Shown here piece by piece: positions 21,864 through 36,052 of a stretch of DNA of 36,052 nucleotides; position 1 is the first letter of the stretch; each line of letters begins with the position of its first letter. The DNA is from Welwitschia mirabilis (Eukaryota). The notes under the pieces were generated by a model. That model searched no databases. It saw only the letters and a list, made by a program, of their open reading frames with translations, and was not told where the DNA came from. The stretch is taken from NCBI GenBank assembly GCA_051453625.1, contig JBOZIK010000001.1, positions 4,696,578 to 4,732,629 of the forward strand, in the 5' to 3' direction. The translations under genes were made by a program, and so were the position numbers.

Positions 21864-23482
21864 TGTTGCGATGATTTGTGCAACGTCTCTAATAACTTGA
21901 CCTTGGTTGACTTGAATGGTTAGATCATAAATGCCTAATTTTAAGACTAAAGAAAAATAAGAAGTACCTTGATCAACCTTAGGAAAGTGGGCTTAGACTT
22001 ATTTTGAAATAAAGCGAGATGACTTAGGATTGGGGACATTAGCCTTCAATTCTCTAATTGAAACCTAAAAATGATGGGGAGCTTTAAGGAATTTGAGAAA
22101 ACGATGTTGAAGATTGTTTTGACTTCCACTGTTTTGAAAATTGAAAGAAAGCTTATTTCTAGTTAAATTTTTAAAGGAAATGACTTAAGGACAAAATAAA
22201 ATACAGATTTAAACAAATAAAATGATGGAAGACTAAAAGAAATGCTTATTTCAGAAATTTGAAAGAGATCTGAGCTATAATTGTTTTTGAAACACGAATA
22301 TTTAGATTCTATTTTCTGTACATAGAATTAAATTCTAAGGCAGAATTGGAATTTTGATATTTCAAATGGTAAAAAATGATATTTTCTAATTATAAATACA
22401 TTTGAAATGGATGTAAAATGAGCGTAGAAATATCATCTCAAATTTTGATAGAGATCTAACTTGAAATGAATTCTGAAACTACAAATTACAAAACTAAGAG
22501 ATTATAATTAAAATGATAGACTATAATCAAAATAATAGACTGTAATTAGAAACCTAATAGACTGTAATTAGAATGATAGATTGTAATCAAAATGGTAGAT
22601 TGTAATTAGCAATTGATAGACTATAATAAGAAACAGACAAACTGGAATCAAAATAAAAAATAGTTCATTTCAGAAACGAAAATAACAATTTTAGGCAAAA
22701 CAAAGTTTGAAACAGGTGCACAATTACTTTGATAATGTTATTCTAAAATATGAAAGAGATCTGATTTGAAACGAATTTTGAAACAAGAAATTACGGATTA
22801 GGCTCTTTATAATCAGAATGGAAAACTGAGAGAACTAAGGACTACTGATTTAGAAAATGAAATTAATCTTTTTAGAGCTTGATAATTTGATGGACAAAAT
22901 AATAATAACTTTCAAATACTTCTAATGAATTGAAGCGATGACTTTATTGAGTTTGAGAATCCAACTTACCAATGCAATCAAATCTAAAAGATGATGGACT
23001 TTGAGACTTTACTTGAAATCTCCAGCCTATTAGATTGACAAGTGCTTTGGTGTGATCTTCTTCTTTCTTTCCTTTCCCTTGTTCCTTTTTTTTTGGTCGT
23101 TTTTTCTCCTCCTTTTTTTTAAGTGAAGGAGTGTGACTTTTACAAGGCAGAAATTGGGGAAGATGAGAAGATTTTGAAGGGATCTATTGAGATTGTATTG
23201 GAGAAGGTTTGAGGTGGTTGGAGATTCACCAAAATTTAGGATACATCTCAATGACATTTTGAACATGGCCTCTTTGACGTTTGGGGTTTTTTGATGACAA
23301 CTTTTAGAAAGTTTGTTGTCGACCACAGTATTATTGATAACACTGTTATTGATTACAATGCTAGTGACAACACATTTGTTTGATATTCTGTTTTTAGAAT
23401 TATCTTTTGTCTTCAAACTAAATTCATTATTTATACGATAACATGGATTACTTTTCAGAGGAGTCAATATATTTTCTCTACA
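21864..23482 (-). repeat. 3' LTR of the Tat element (1619 bp)
   Basis: TGTTGCG...CTCTACA; colinear with 30904-32521; internal ~19-20 bp AGACTATAATCAAAATGAT tandem array at ~22497-22650. Confidence 0.92.
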
Positions 23483-26400
23483 ATTTGTCCCCTTTTATTA
23501 CGGGAATTTTGGAATTTAGATCATAAAACTAAAGAAGTAGAAAAACTTCATTCTTGCTTGGGATTGAATGATGATGAATCAATTGTAATATTTTTAACAT
23601 TATCTTCATTCATTATTTCTGGCTGCTTATGAGAAAATGTCCTGATTACATCTTCGAGACCAATCTTTTCCATGAACTTTTGAATTAGTAGGACTTTATG
23701 GCATGAAGTGACTCATGGCTGAATGTGTAGGACAAACCCAAAAGCTTTGATAATATCTAAATGGATAGATGGATGGTGAGGTGGGACTAGTTCTATATAT
23801 TCAACTTTTTGATTTAATCCTTCTAAAAGCTTTAAGGTTTTCTTCCAATTGATTCCTTATTTCTAGCAATGTTTAATTATTTCTTTGTAGACTTTTATCA
23901 GCTTCATCAAGCATATTCATCATGTTTTTGCAAGCAGCCATGACAAGTGATGACCTGCAACATCCATTAAACAAAACATCATGAAGCATCTGATCTAAAA
24001 TATAACTAAAGAATCATGAAAACTATTTACATGAATGACAAAGAAAGAAATCTATTGAAATTTAATAGTAATATTTTTTTAAGTAATGCAAATTTTTATA
24101 GGTTCTCTGTCTTCGTTTTGTTCAAATCTTTCAATTTGTAAGTTCCTTTATCTTGTTTTTGTGAAATAACATAAGGTCTAAGCCAATTTGTAGAAAACTT
24201 GGATATTTTCTCTATCAAGTTTATTTTCAAGACAAGGTTCCCAATTTCAAATTTTCAATTTTTGACATTTTTATTATAAGCCTTGCTTATTTATTTTTGA
24301 TAGATTTGGCTAAGGTTTAAAGTTCAATTTTGTTTTTAATCTAAGAGTTTTAATTATGCAAGTATTGCATATTTTTCTTTTTCTAACATCTTCAATTCTT
24401 TCACCAATGTTTTTATGACTGGAATTCTGATTTCATATGGAAGAATTGTTTTAGAACCATTTATGAACTCAAAAGATGTTGATTCAGTTACTATTTTGAT
24501 TATTGTACAAGTTATCCGTAAAACATAGGTTAACTTTTCATGCCAAGTTTTCTTATTTGTTTGAGTGTGTTTTTTTAGAGAATGAATAATTATCTTATTT
24601 GTTGATTTTGATTGGCCATTTGCTTGTGGGTATCAAGGCAATGAAAGTAAATGTTTGATATTGAATGCTTACAAGAAGTCATCTAATTTGGAATATTTGA
24701 TTTATGGAGCATTGCTAGGAATCAAGACATAAGGTACTCCAAATCATAAAATGATATGATCTAAAATGAATTTCTTGACTTGCTTGGCTGTTATCTTTTT
24801 GGAGTGGAATTACTTCTAATCATTTGGAAAGATATTTTATTGCAGTAAGAATAAAAGAATGTGATTCTGATGATGGAGCATTGATTGGTTCAATAAGATC
24901 TAAATCCCATTTCCTAAATATCCAAGTTGATTCGATTGGGAACAACTCATTTGATAGTTGATGCAAGACTAGTTCAAATATTTGACAAAGTATGACAATT
25001 TTTGGTGAGATTGAAGTAATCCTTATTAATTGTTTTTCAATAATAAGATGATTTAATAATGTGTAAGGCTAGGGATTTTCCCCTCCTGGTGTGTTCCACA
25101 TAGATCCAAATGGGCTTCTCTAAGTACATATCATGCTTTTTGTGATTTTAGGCATCATAGTAAAACATCATCCAATGACCTCTCAAATAGTTGATTATGG
25201 ATGAAGTAAAATCTTGTGGCTCTTAGTCGAGAGTTTCTCTTTTGGGTAGTTGTAAAATTCTCAGGTAGTCTTTGGTCTTTTAGGAATTGCAACATCATGT
25301 CATTCCACTCAACTAATTGAACCGCATTCCTAATTATTCTTGAACTTTCATCTTGTTAAATGTTCACAATCTTTTTGGGTTGTTGATCTTCTAAATAACT
25401 TTGATTGATGTCGATCTTTCTAACAAGGTTGCTCATGTTGACATCATCAAAACAATAGTTGGCAAGGTTGGTAAGATAATCTATAGTTTTATTGTTCTTT
25501 CTTGATGTTGCTTCAACCTCACAGTTTTCTAGTTGTGATAATTTCTTCTTAACTTCTTGTAAATATTATTGGAGAATCTTAGATTTACAATCATATGTTC
25601 TTGTCACTTAGTTGATTACCAGTTGTGAATATCCAATAATTTTTAAGTAGTGCAATCCAGATTCAATGGTAATGTTGAGGCCTCTTTATAGAGCTTCAGC
25701 TCTACCATGTAGTTGATGCATGAAAATTTGAATTTGAATGTCGTTGGCATACAATAGTGGTTGTGGAAAAAAACATGATTTTGGCTGATCCTCGTGTTCA
25801 TTTTTGGCTCCATCAAAGTACGTATATGCATCTCACTTTTTCTTTTCTTCTAAAAGGTAGACCTCTTCATCGAGGAATTTTTTTGGTATTAATTCTTCTT
25901 AGTTGTTATGGCTTTCCTATGGGAGATTTGCAATTTTGTCAACTATGCACTTTCCTTTGATCGACCTTTGTGATTAAAATTCAAAATCAAACTTCGCTAG
26001 TAACAATGACCATTTAGTTAATCTTGCACTTCCTATGGAAAATTCTAACAAGTGTTTTTATTTATTCTTATCATTAATCATAATGGTTTTATTCCTGATT
26101 ATGTAATGCCTAAATTTCTGAGAGCAAAGGTGAAACTTGGACACATTTTTTTAGAATCAAAATAATTCTTTTCACATTGATGTAAAGTTTGACTAATATA
26201 ATATATGGATTTATCCCTATGATCTTGATCTCTTTGAAAAACCATTGTAGTGATCTAATGTGGAGCATAAGCTAAATAAAGATAAAAGGGTTGGTTTGAT
26301 TGAGGTGGGATTAATATGGATAGCAGAATCAAGTATTTTTTGATCTTCTCTAAGGCTTTCTGACATTTTTTATATCATTGAAATTCAAAATATTTCTTTA

Positions 26401-29400
26401 AAAGATGCATAAATGGCTTGCATCTATCTGTTAACATTGAAATGAATCTTCTTGGTGATTGCAAATGTCACTTTAAACCTCTTAGTTCTTTTAAATTTCT
26501 AGGGGGTGGCATTTCAGTGGTTGCTTTAAACTTTTCAATGTCACTTTTGATTCCTCGTTTTAAGACCATAAAGCTTAGTAGTTTCCTAGATTGTACTCCA
26601 AAGAAACATTTCTTGGGATTCAGGCATAAATTGTATTACTGAGTAATCTTAAATAGTTCTTAAAGGTCTTTTGGATCTTGGCAAGTTCGATTTGATTTAA
26701 CGACCATGTCATTGACATAATTTTCAACAATTTGGTGTATTATGTTATGGAGAATCTATGTCATTGCCCTTTGATAAGTGGTCCTAGCATTCTTAAGTCC
26801 AAAGGGCATTATGATGTAGCAGAATAAACCTCATGGCATGATAAATGTTACCTTATATTGATCATATCGGTTAATGAAGGTCTGGTTATAACTAGAGTAT
26901 CCATCCATAAAGGATAGAAGTTCATACTGTGTAGTATTATCAACTAGAACATCAATGTTGGGCAATGGATAATCATCTTTTAATGTGACTTTTTTTAGAT
27001 CTTGAAAGTCAATGCATATCTTTAGACTACCATTTTTCTTTTGATAATGACTATATTAGGTATCCATTTTGAATAATCAACCAAGTGAATAAATCTCGCC
27101 ATCAATATTCATTGAATGTCCTCTTTTGCAACTAGCACAATTGTTGGATTGAGCTGTGTTACTTTTTGTTTGACTGGTATGGAATTGGATTTTAACACAA
27201 TGTTATGCATAACTATGTTTTTGTCAATTCTTGGCATGTCGTTGTAGTGCCATGCAAAAATATCTTTGTTATGGGTTAGAACACCTTCTAACTCGACCCT
27301 AAGTTCATTGGGCAACCAGTTATTAATTTTGAAAGATTTATTTGGGTTATAGCTATCTGCAAGAAAATCATATGTCTCGACCCCTAATTTACTCCCAAAG
27401 AAGATTTTTGATTGGTCATCTTTTATTCTATATACATCTCATCATGATAGAAGTCTTTTATTAAGGGCAACAAGTTTTGACTTATGATAACTCTGTCATC
27501 ATGATTGCAAATGATTTATAATTAAATGACACACCTAGAATTCATCTTCAAACTTAAATTTTAATGGCGCTCCAAAGAATTCATTATATTGTACATATCC
27601 TATAATGATGAAATTTATCATTAAATATAACACTTTGGTATGAGGATACATATGTGAAACACCTAAAGAATCAAGAAAAAGAACATAGTTCATTTTTATT
27701 GAGGAGAGTTTTGAGACTATAAAGGAATCCCTCTCTTAGCAAAAAAACCAATGTTTACTTCTCAAAGGTAAGAGTTTAAAAAGGATTCAGCCGAGATCAA
27801 GTCATCATTGAAAGATGCTTTCATTAGGAATTCGATTTTAGCAAAGGCATGTGCAAAGTATGAAGCTATTTGTGATGCTTTTAATGACAATTCAAACTCC
27901 ATAGAATTGGATAAAATTTTGTTGAATGTAATGCTTCTGTTCAAAAAGAGAATGTAATTTTATTGAATCAGGTTGAAGTATCTTATGCTAAAATTGGAAT
28001 CAGGATTAGAATCTATTGGTGACAATTCTGCCAAAATTGCTTCCATTGAGGCAGAGGATTTATTTTTATCAATGGAAGTTGAGAAATACAAGAGAAGATG
28101 TGCCTCCTACCATACTTCATGAACATTTTCAATGTGAAGGTCCTAGTGCCAACTTTGAACCCACCAAAAGGTTTTAAAAAATCTTGATTTTGTCTTTGGG
28201 TATTAAGTGACTAGTAGTTTGTGCCTTTTTCCTTTTNNNNNNNNNNNNNNNNNNNNNNNNNNNNNNNNNNNNNNNNNNNNNNNNNNNNNNNNNNNNNNNN
28301 NNNNNNNNNNNNNNNNNNNNNNNNNNNNNNNNNNNNNNNNNNNNNNNNNNNNNNNNNNNNNNNNNNNNNNNNNNNNNNNNNNNNNNNNNNNNNNNNNNNN
28401 NNNNNNNNNNNNNNNNNNNNNNNNNNNNNNNNNNNNNNNNNNNNNNNNNNNNNNNNNNNNNNNNNNNNNNNNNNNNNNNNNNNNNNNNNNNNNNNNNNNN
28501 NNNNNNNNNNNNNNNNNNNNNNNNNNNNNNNNNNNNNNNNNNNNNNNNNNNNNNNNNNNNNNNNNNNNNNNNNNNNNNNNNNNNNNNNNNNNNNNNNNNN
28601 NNNNNNNNNNNNNNNNNNNNNNNNNNNNNNNNNNNNNNNNNNNNNNNNNNNNNNNNNNNNNNNNNNNNNNNNNNNNNNNNNNNNNNNNNNNNNNNNNNNN
28701 NNNNNNNNNNNNNNNNNNNNNNNNNNNNNNNNNNNNNNNNNNNNNNNNNNNNNNNNNNNNNNNNNNNNNNNNNNNNNNNNNNNNNNNNNNNNNNNNNNNN
28801 NNNNNNNNNNNNNNNNNNNNNNNNNNNNNNNNNNNNNNNNNNNNNNNNNNNNNNNNNNNNNNNNNNNNNNNNNNNNNNNNNNNNNNNNNNNNNNNNNNNN
28901 NNNNNNNNNNNNNNNNNNNNNNNNNNNNNNNNNNNNNNNNNNNNNNNNNNNNNNNNNNNNNNNNNNNNNNNNNNNNNNNNNNNNNNNNNNNNNNNNNNNN
29001 NNNNNNNNNNNNNNNNNNNNNNNNNNNNNNNNNNNNNNNNNNNNNNNNNNNNNNNNNNNNNNNNNNNNNNNNNNNNNNNNNNNNNNNNNNNNNNNNNNNN
29101 NNNNNNNNNNNNNNNNNNNNNNNNNNNNNNNNNNNNNNNNNNNNNNNNNNNNNNNTTGTTTTGTTGGAGGAGAATAGCATTTTAGAAAGTTTTTTTTGGG
29201 CAATGTAATGTATGATTTTTGAACAGCACTTGGCTTTGTTTATTGTTGGATAATAGTCTGCTTTATTTGAAAGAGAATAAGATTTAGGAAAGGCAATATT
29301 TTTGAAAGTTCTATGTACACCTACATTTCTTGGGTATTTCTATATAATTTTTATTGGGTATTATTGGTGGCTAATTTCTAACAAAATTATTCCAAGTGAG

Positions 29401-30903
29401 ATCTAGCAGCTAATGGTTAGTGACTTCTAATATCCTAAATTGACGTGAGTCTTGCTCATTGATATTGATTTGTAGTAATGNNNNNNNNNNGGATTGTTGG
29501 GGAGGTTAGGGTCATATTGTCTTGGCTTAGGTAGTTCAATTATCCTTCTTTTAGGAGTGAGAAAAGAACTTAAGACAAGAGGACATTGATTTTGGTAAGA
29601 TTTTTTCGTGGTTTTGTTGGCAAAAATAAGTTGATCAAGTGAGTAGCGGTTTTCTTTTCATTTGTTGGAGGGATTTTTCTTGATCTTTTTTTGTAGGTTG
29701 TTAAATAAGGGAAATTGTTTTTGAATTTGATGTGGTAATTTTACTTGTATTCTTCTAAAATTTTTAAGTAGACTTTCCAAGTTTGTGTTTTCCTTCTAAA
29801 ATTCCTTTTTCTCTACCCATGATTTCAATCCTTTTGGCAAGTTCTATGGCTTGGTCAAAGGTATCTTACTATTTCATTCATAGATGTTCTGTAATAAGTG
29901 CTATAGAAGATTTAGCAAATAGACCAATCATTTCTTTGTTAGAGATCATATATTCTAATTAAAGATTGGTTGTCATCCATCGCTATGCATAGCTTATGAT
30001 GTTTTCATATGACTTTTGTTTCAAATTATTTAAATTGTGAAGAGAGATGGACTGCATTATGTTTATTACATACAAGTTGACAAAGACTTTAAACATGGCT
30101 TTTAAACTTTTAATTAACGAAAGAGGTAGACGATGGTACTATTCGAGAGCATGCTTTGTGAAAGATTAGTAGAATAGATGACAAATGTATCTGTATCTAT
30201 TTTATGAAGGTTACAAACATGTATGAAGTTGTAAATGTATATTTTAGGGTCCTCAAGTCCTATAAATTTTTCAAATTCAAGGATTTCTAAAGGTGCTAAG
30301 CATCATACAGGAACTGATGGATGTACTGGTGTTTCCATATAATTTAAATCAGCATAAGGATTAATCTAAGATTGATATTCTTTTAAGGAGTTGACAATTT
30401 ATATGATCTCACTTAGATCAAAGGTCCCAGCTATAACTAAAGCGTTAGGGCCAATGTTATTCCTTTTTCCCTATCATTGTTTTGTTCTAGTTTAGATCCG
30501 GACAACATAGGGTTTGTTATAGTGAGATTTTTCAATACTTGGGTTGTGTTAGAAGAGTCATCTTTAGATGCATACATATTTCCTTTTCATTATTGTTGAA
30601 AAATTATTTGTCATCTTTGTCCTCATGATCCCCTTTATTATCATCTTTTTCATTACCATGTTTTAGATTGAGGACTCACTTAGCCACTTTGACATCATGC
30701 AAATCCCATAATTCTAAAAGAGTGGTCCTATGATCCTTATAGTTTTCTACTAGGTCCTTTTCTAATAAAGTGAGATTCTCTTTAGCTAGAAGCATTTTAT
30801 ATTCCCCTTTGGATAATATTTAACTTTGGGGATGCGTGGTTAATTGGTTTGATTTCTAGTTGAGGTAAAATAACAAAATGGATCCCATCAAGAATGCCAA
30901 TAC

Positions 30904-32521
30904 TATTGTAATAATTTGTATAATGTTTTTAGTGAATTGACTTTTTTGGTTGACTTAAATGATTAGATCTTAAATGCCTAATTTTAAGACTAAAGAAAAA
31001 TAAGAAGTTCCTTAATCAATGTTAGAAAGTTGTCATAAGACTTATTTTGAAATAAAGAGAGATAAGTTAGGATTGGAGACATTAGTCTTAAATTCTCTAA
31101 TTGAAACCTAAAAATGATGGATGCTTTAAAGATATTGAGAAAGTGATTTTAAAGTTTGATTTAAGTGACTTTCGATGTTTTAAAAACTAAAAGAAAGCTT
31201 ATTTCTAGTCAAATTTGTAGAGGAAATGACTTAAGAATGAAATAAAATATAGATTTAAACTAATAAAATGATGGAAGAGTGAAAGAAATTCTTATTTCAA
31301 AAATTCAAAAGAGATTTGAGCTATAATGCTTTTTGAAAAGTCAATATTCAGATTCTATTTTCTATAATCAAAATTAAATTCTGAGGCAGAATTGAAAGTT
31401 TGATATTGCAAGTGGAAAAATGATATTTTCTAATTATAAAGAGATTTGAAATAGATCTAAAATAACTATAGAAATATCATATCAAATTTTGACAAATATT
31501 TAACTTGAAACGAATTGTAAAAGTATAAATTACAAAATTAAGAGACCGTAATCAGAATGATAGACTATAATCAAAATGATAGACTATAATAAAAATGATA
31601 GACTATAACCAAAAACTAGTAGACCATAATTAGAATGACAAACTATAATTTTGAATGATGGACTATAATCATAAACTGATAGATTATAATTAAAATTGAG
31701 AATAGTTCATTTCAAAAAGGAAAATAGTGTATTGAAGGCAAAACAAATTTTAAGACATGTGCGTAATTATTTTGATAGTATTATACAAAAACATAGAAAA
31801 GATTTGATTTGAAACAAATTTTAAAATAAGAAATTATAGACTAGAATGGCTGTAATTAGAATGTAAAAGTGACAGAACTAAGGACTATCAATTTTGGAAA
31901 TGAAATTAATCTTTTTAAAGCTTGATAAGTTGATGGACAAAATTATAATAACTCTAAAAATACTTGTAATGAACTAAACACATGACCTTATTGAGTTTGA
32001 GAATATAACTTATAAATGAAATTGAATCCAAAAGAGGATGGACTTTAAGACTCCACTTGAGATCTCTAGGCTATTGAATTAACAAGTATTTTGGTCTTAT
32101 GTTCTTCTTTCTTCATTTTCTTTGCTCTTTTTCCCCTCTTTTTTCTCCTCCTTTTTTTAAGAGGAGAAGTGTGGCTTTTATAGGGGAGAAAGTGAGATAG
32201 ATGAGGATATTTTAAAGGGATACATTAAGATTTTATTAGAGAAAGTTTGGGGTGGCTAAAGATTGGTTAAAATTTTAGGATACAACTCAAAGATCTTTTG
32301 AAAATGGACTCTTAACATTTGGGATTTCTAATGACAATTTTTAAAAAGTTTGTTATTGACAACAATGTTATAAATAACATTGTTATTAATTACAGTGTTA
32401 TCGATGACACATCTTTCAGAGATACTATTTTCAGAATTGCCTTTTTGTCTTCAAAACTACATTCATTATTTCCATGACAAGATTGATTATTTTTTAGGTG
32501 AGTCAATATATTTTCTCTGCA
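30904..32521 (-). repeat. 5' LTR of the Tat element (1618 bp)
   Basis: TATTGTA...CTCTGCA; adjacent to the PBS; same tandem array at ~31543-31700. Confidence 0.92.
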
Positions 32522-34767
32522 CTAAGTAGAGAAGACATTTTCACATCTAAAAATAGATTTATAGTTCTAGCAAATTGGGATGCAAATATAAATAGTGTAT
32601 GAATAAGGGGAAAAAGTGGAAGATGGAAAATGCATAATGAAAGAATGTGATATTCTCATGCGGAGAGAACATTGCCACATAAATAAAGATACTAAACATT
32701 AAGAAGAAAACAAATTAGGAAATGGGACAAAAATAGAAACATGAATAGAGCATGAAACAAAATCAAATTCAAAAGAAGGGAAGAATTTAAAATAGGGTAG
32801 TCTTATTGACCATGATTGAAGAATTATAGATAATAGAAAATATTGTAATTAAAACACAATGTATGATGAAGGATATGTTGAACAAAAAGTTCTTCTAGAA
32901 ATCAAAATGAAGATTTTATTATGTAATTACGGGGATTGATTAAACATTATAAATCCAAAATGTTGAAAAATATCATAAATGAAAGTGGTGCTAACATTGT
33001 GCTACTACAAAAGTCAAAACCTTTATGTTCATATATTCATAATACGGATTGAAGGATGGCATCAATGTTTAAAATTGTCAGCTATATCTAGTGTCTGACA
33101 TGTAAATTTTAACTATCTCTTAGTTTCAAGGATAATTTTGAATGTGATAATTTATATAAAAAGACGATTATTCTTTCTCATTATTAATTTTAAAAAAATT
33201 AACACAGATACAAATTCAATGTTATTTTTAGAAAATTCAAATTGTGTTGTAAATTCAGAATTACTTTCAACACATCTAATACTACATTAAAAATTTAGTA
33301 TTGCATTCACATAGTAAATAAGAAAATGGAAAACGGTAAAATAAGAAATAGCAAAATGGTTTCCTTTGCATGGTGGCCATTGCAATAATGCAACACTAAG
33401 GTTTTCATTTTATAGTCACACAAAGAGGTCTAGCAAACTTTGATAATAAGAAAAGGAATTTTATTAAAAATGAGAAAGCTTGAACCTGATGAAACTATAC
33501 TTACATGCATATGTATATTAAATTCGCCTTACATTAAGGAGAATCTTTGTGAAAGGATGTATTGTTAAAATCCTATGAAATTGGACAACATTTTATTCTT
33601 AATCTTTAGAAAGCAGAAATTAAAGCAATGACAATGGGTATATCTAAGATTATTATAAAACTTCACTACTTATAAGTTTGAACTTGTAGGTCGACATTAT
33701 GTCTTAAATTAAAAAATTTATTAAATTGAAACTTTTAAATTTAACATTTATAATTTAGAACTAAATTTTGTTTGATGATTATTTTAGAACTTCAATTTTA
33801 TTAAAAGATAAAATGGATTTTGATGGCCATTGACAACTTCAAATTTAAATGCTCGATGACATAGTATACATATGCCCTCATCATTATTAGCAAAAGAAAA
33901 TTAGACAAAGCTAATGGTGATCAATGGTATGTTATTACTAGGATATTAAAAACGTTTTCAAGATTACTAATCTTTATAGTGTCGAAAATAGTAAAAACAC
34001 ATTCCAAACATTTTAGAGGACACGTAAGGTATGTAGAATACAGAACAAATAGATTATTAAAATATGAAGGAAGTAGTTGGAAGAAGAATACAATAGACAT
34101 GATGGTAGGTTTTACACAACATTTTAAATTAATCATTATTAAGATTCACAATTATAAATTTACTTGGTTTAATAAATAAAAATAAAAAGATAGCATTATT
34201 ACAAGGACAAATAGGGTTAGGATAGTCTAGAATGTGATGTAAGAAGGATATGCTACAGTTAGAGGTCTTATTAGAATATGTTTAGATAAGTGATTTATAC
34301 TTATTTAGATGGTGATCAAACTAGCTCTAAATTCTGCTTTTAAGCTAGAAATGTATTGGCTAGATTTGAAGGATATGGAAAGCACAATCCAAGAAGCGTG
34401 AAGTAAGGAAGATCAAAGATATCATTGAAAATTAGAGGAAACAAAGCTACTGGAGCTTTAAACCAAGGAACTGAAATCTTTTAAAACATTCTAGAAAATT
34501 TGAAAGGAAAACAAGAATCAGAGGGTGCTTACATTCTCATATCACAGAGATTTACAAGAAGGTCAATGAGGAGAATAATGGAGAAATAATGAAGGCAATT
34601 GGTAGAGATGAAGTTATGAAGGCTATCAAAGACATCAAAAATTAACAAAGCACACGTCTTAGATGGACGAATATTGGAAATTATCAAACAAAATTTTAAA
34701 TATATTAAAGATGACATCACAACTATAATTAATACAATGTTGATGACCAAAGAAGAAAGAGATGATG
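32522..34767 (+). mobile_element. Continuation of the L1 LINE: ORF1 end, endonuclease and start of RT
   Basis: NRFIVL (~32552); KLDKA (~33900); LDGDQTSSKF (~34305, GDRNTKFF-like); KVNEENNGEIMKAIGRDEVMKAIKDIKINKAHVLDGRILEIIKQNFKYIKDDI (34558-34720, KAPGPDG region). Confidence 0.8.
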
Positions 34768-36052
34768 TGTTAGGAAGTCAAATGTATCAAGTTAACATGG
34801 TAAGACAAAGTTGAGAGAGAATAGGAAAATATAAAAAATTCTATAAAAGTAAATAGTGGGAATAGCAGTATTTATTTAGGTAGCATAATGACACAAGAAT
34901 AATAAGGACAACAATCTATTAATTTCATAAAATCTCCACTACATAATAACTATAGTAGTGATGTAGTCTCATTAGGGTATTAACATATATTTATACATCT
35001 AAGATTTTCCCATTAGGGTTTTTATCCTTATTAATTACTAAGCTTACTTGTATTAATGGTTATAATGTTATATTTATTACTATAGTTATGGTCTTACTAA
35101 CTAAAGTTATAGGTCATAGAAATTCAACCCTCCTCTTAAGTTTGAGAAATTATGATTATAACAAACAGATAACACAATTGATACACTTACAATAACAAAA
35201 GTTAAAAAGATAAATTTTTTTGAGAAACTCATAGTGCTTGGAGAAAAATATTAATCCTAAACTAACAAGTGATTTAGAAAGCCTCAAATAATAAATATTT
35301 AATTATTCAATAGACTTTATCTTGTTGACTTAAGAGGACTTCATTTTGCTTACTCCTCGGTCACTAAGAATGTGTTTTGAATCATTCTTTTTTTTTTTTG
35401 GCTTATTATTAGCATATTTTTTTTATTTTTTTCCTTTGTGTCCATCTTTATCTTACCATTTTGGTGCTTGGTAGTTAACCCACTAGCTTCCATATATCAT
35501 TTTATATTAAAAACTAGTACTTCATATTCATGAAATGTTTCCACTATGTATTCCTCACTACTTTGTTGCTTGTGCTAATTCATTATTATAAGTAATGTAA
35601 TGATTTATAGGATGATCTTCATATTTAGTTTTTTTTAATCCTTCTTTGATGGATTACACTTACTTATTAATTGAATAATTTTTCTACAACATTTGATTTC
35701 AAGAATTTAAAAGCTAATGCTCTTTACAACATACTACATCTGTGAGAGTAAGCTTAAGGACCATTACATCCAAATTTTTGTTATCAAATACCTCTTTATT
35801 AGAAGATTAATCTTCATAATTTGAATTCAAAGAAATTTCCTAGAATTTTTTCTTTGGCTATTAAGCATTATGTTGCTAGGAGAGTTCGCATTTATGTGGT
35901 TAATAAATGCAGTTATGCATAGATTTTTACATTTGAGCCTTACTCATCATATTAAGTGCATTACTTCACCCTTCAAACCTAGAATTTATGTAAAGCAATC
36001 ATTAGATTTTTTTTGTTTTTATGGTTTACACATGGGTTTTTACTCCCTAATT
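34768..36052 (-). mobile_element. Decayed, internally deleted Copia element: 3' LTR (~34768-35129), PPT, and RT/integrase remnants running off the window
   Basis: PPT-like AAGAGGAG at ~35130-35137 on the minus strand. The LTR begins TGTTAGG where LINE homology stops. RT start NDIWKLVG*LP lies at ~35470-35503, too close to the PPT for a full RT/RNase H. Confidence 0.6.

Larger units (their letters stand above)
21864..32521 (-). mobile_element. Full-length but decayed Ty3/Gypsy Tat-type LTR retrotransposon (10,658 bp including gaps)
   Basis: Two ~1.62-kb LTRs; PBS TGGCATTCTTGATGGGA (decayed tRNA-Arg type) at ~30883-30899; PPT AAAAGGGGACAAAT at 23483-23496. Domains: gag ~29700-30300; RT KDIFAWHYNDMP..MPFGLKNA ~26400-27300; extra RNase H (IIGYSQLVIN) ~25450-25830; integrase ~24150-25150. 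Flanks are TTAGG/CTAAG. Confidence 0.92.

Noticed and set aside
23030-23467. 145-aa ORF in the Tat LTR
   Set aside because: Low-complexity sequence, and no equivalent ORF is listed in the other LTR copy.
28203-29208. Four 318-333 aa ORFs (also 10342-10593, 10379-10573 and 10398-10583)
   Set aside because: Artefacts of translating through N gaps.
1-36052. A novel multi-gene system or prokaryotic/organelle insert
   Set aside because: Nearly all sequence is explained by plant retroelements plus one spliced gene. No operon-like, rRNA, tRNA or organellar sequence was recognised.

Overview
AT-rich, repeat-dominated land-plant genomic DNA from a draft assembly with several N gaps. It holds one recognisable host gene: a spliced MFS transporter of the MFSD5/MOT2 (DUF791, molybdate-anion transporter) family on +, 15598-18390, about 463 aa. 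Left of the gene is a three-level nest: the 3' end of a Sirevirus (Copia) inside a probable Tat/Athila-type Gypsy element, inside the RT of a minus-strand Copia. A decayed L1 LINE follows. Right of the gene is a second L1 LINE, split by a full-length 10.7-kb Tat-type Gypsy element and cut off by another Copia. Three observations stand out. (1) An unannotated glutaminyl-cyclase coding fragment sits inside the LTR region of the minus-strand Copia, joined at a splice-like point to a duplicated ~420-bp segment. (2) The transporter locus mixes intron-containing sequence with intron-less, C>T-decayed sequence, which points to a retrocopy (real or assembly-collapsed). (3) Homologous extra 3' ORFs occur in two adjacent LTR elements of apparently different superfamilies. 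All family assignments come from recognising motifs by eye; no searches were run.
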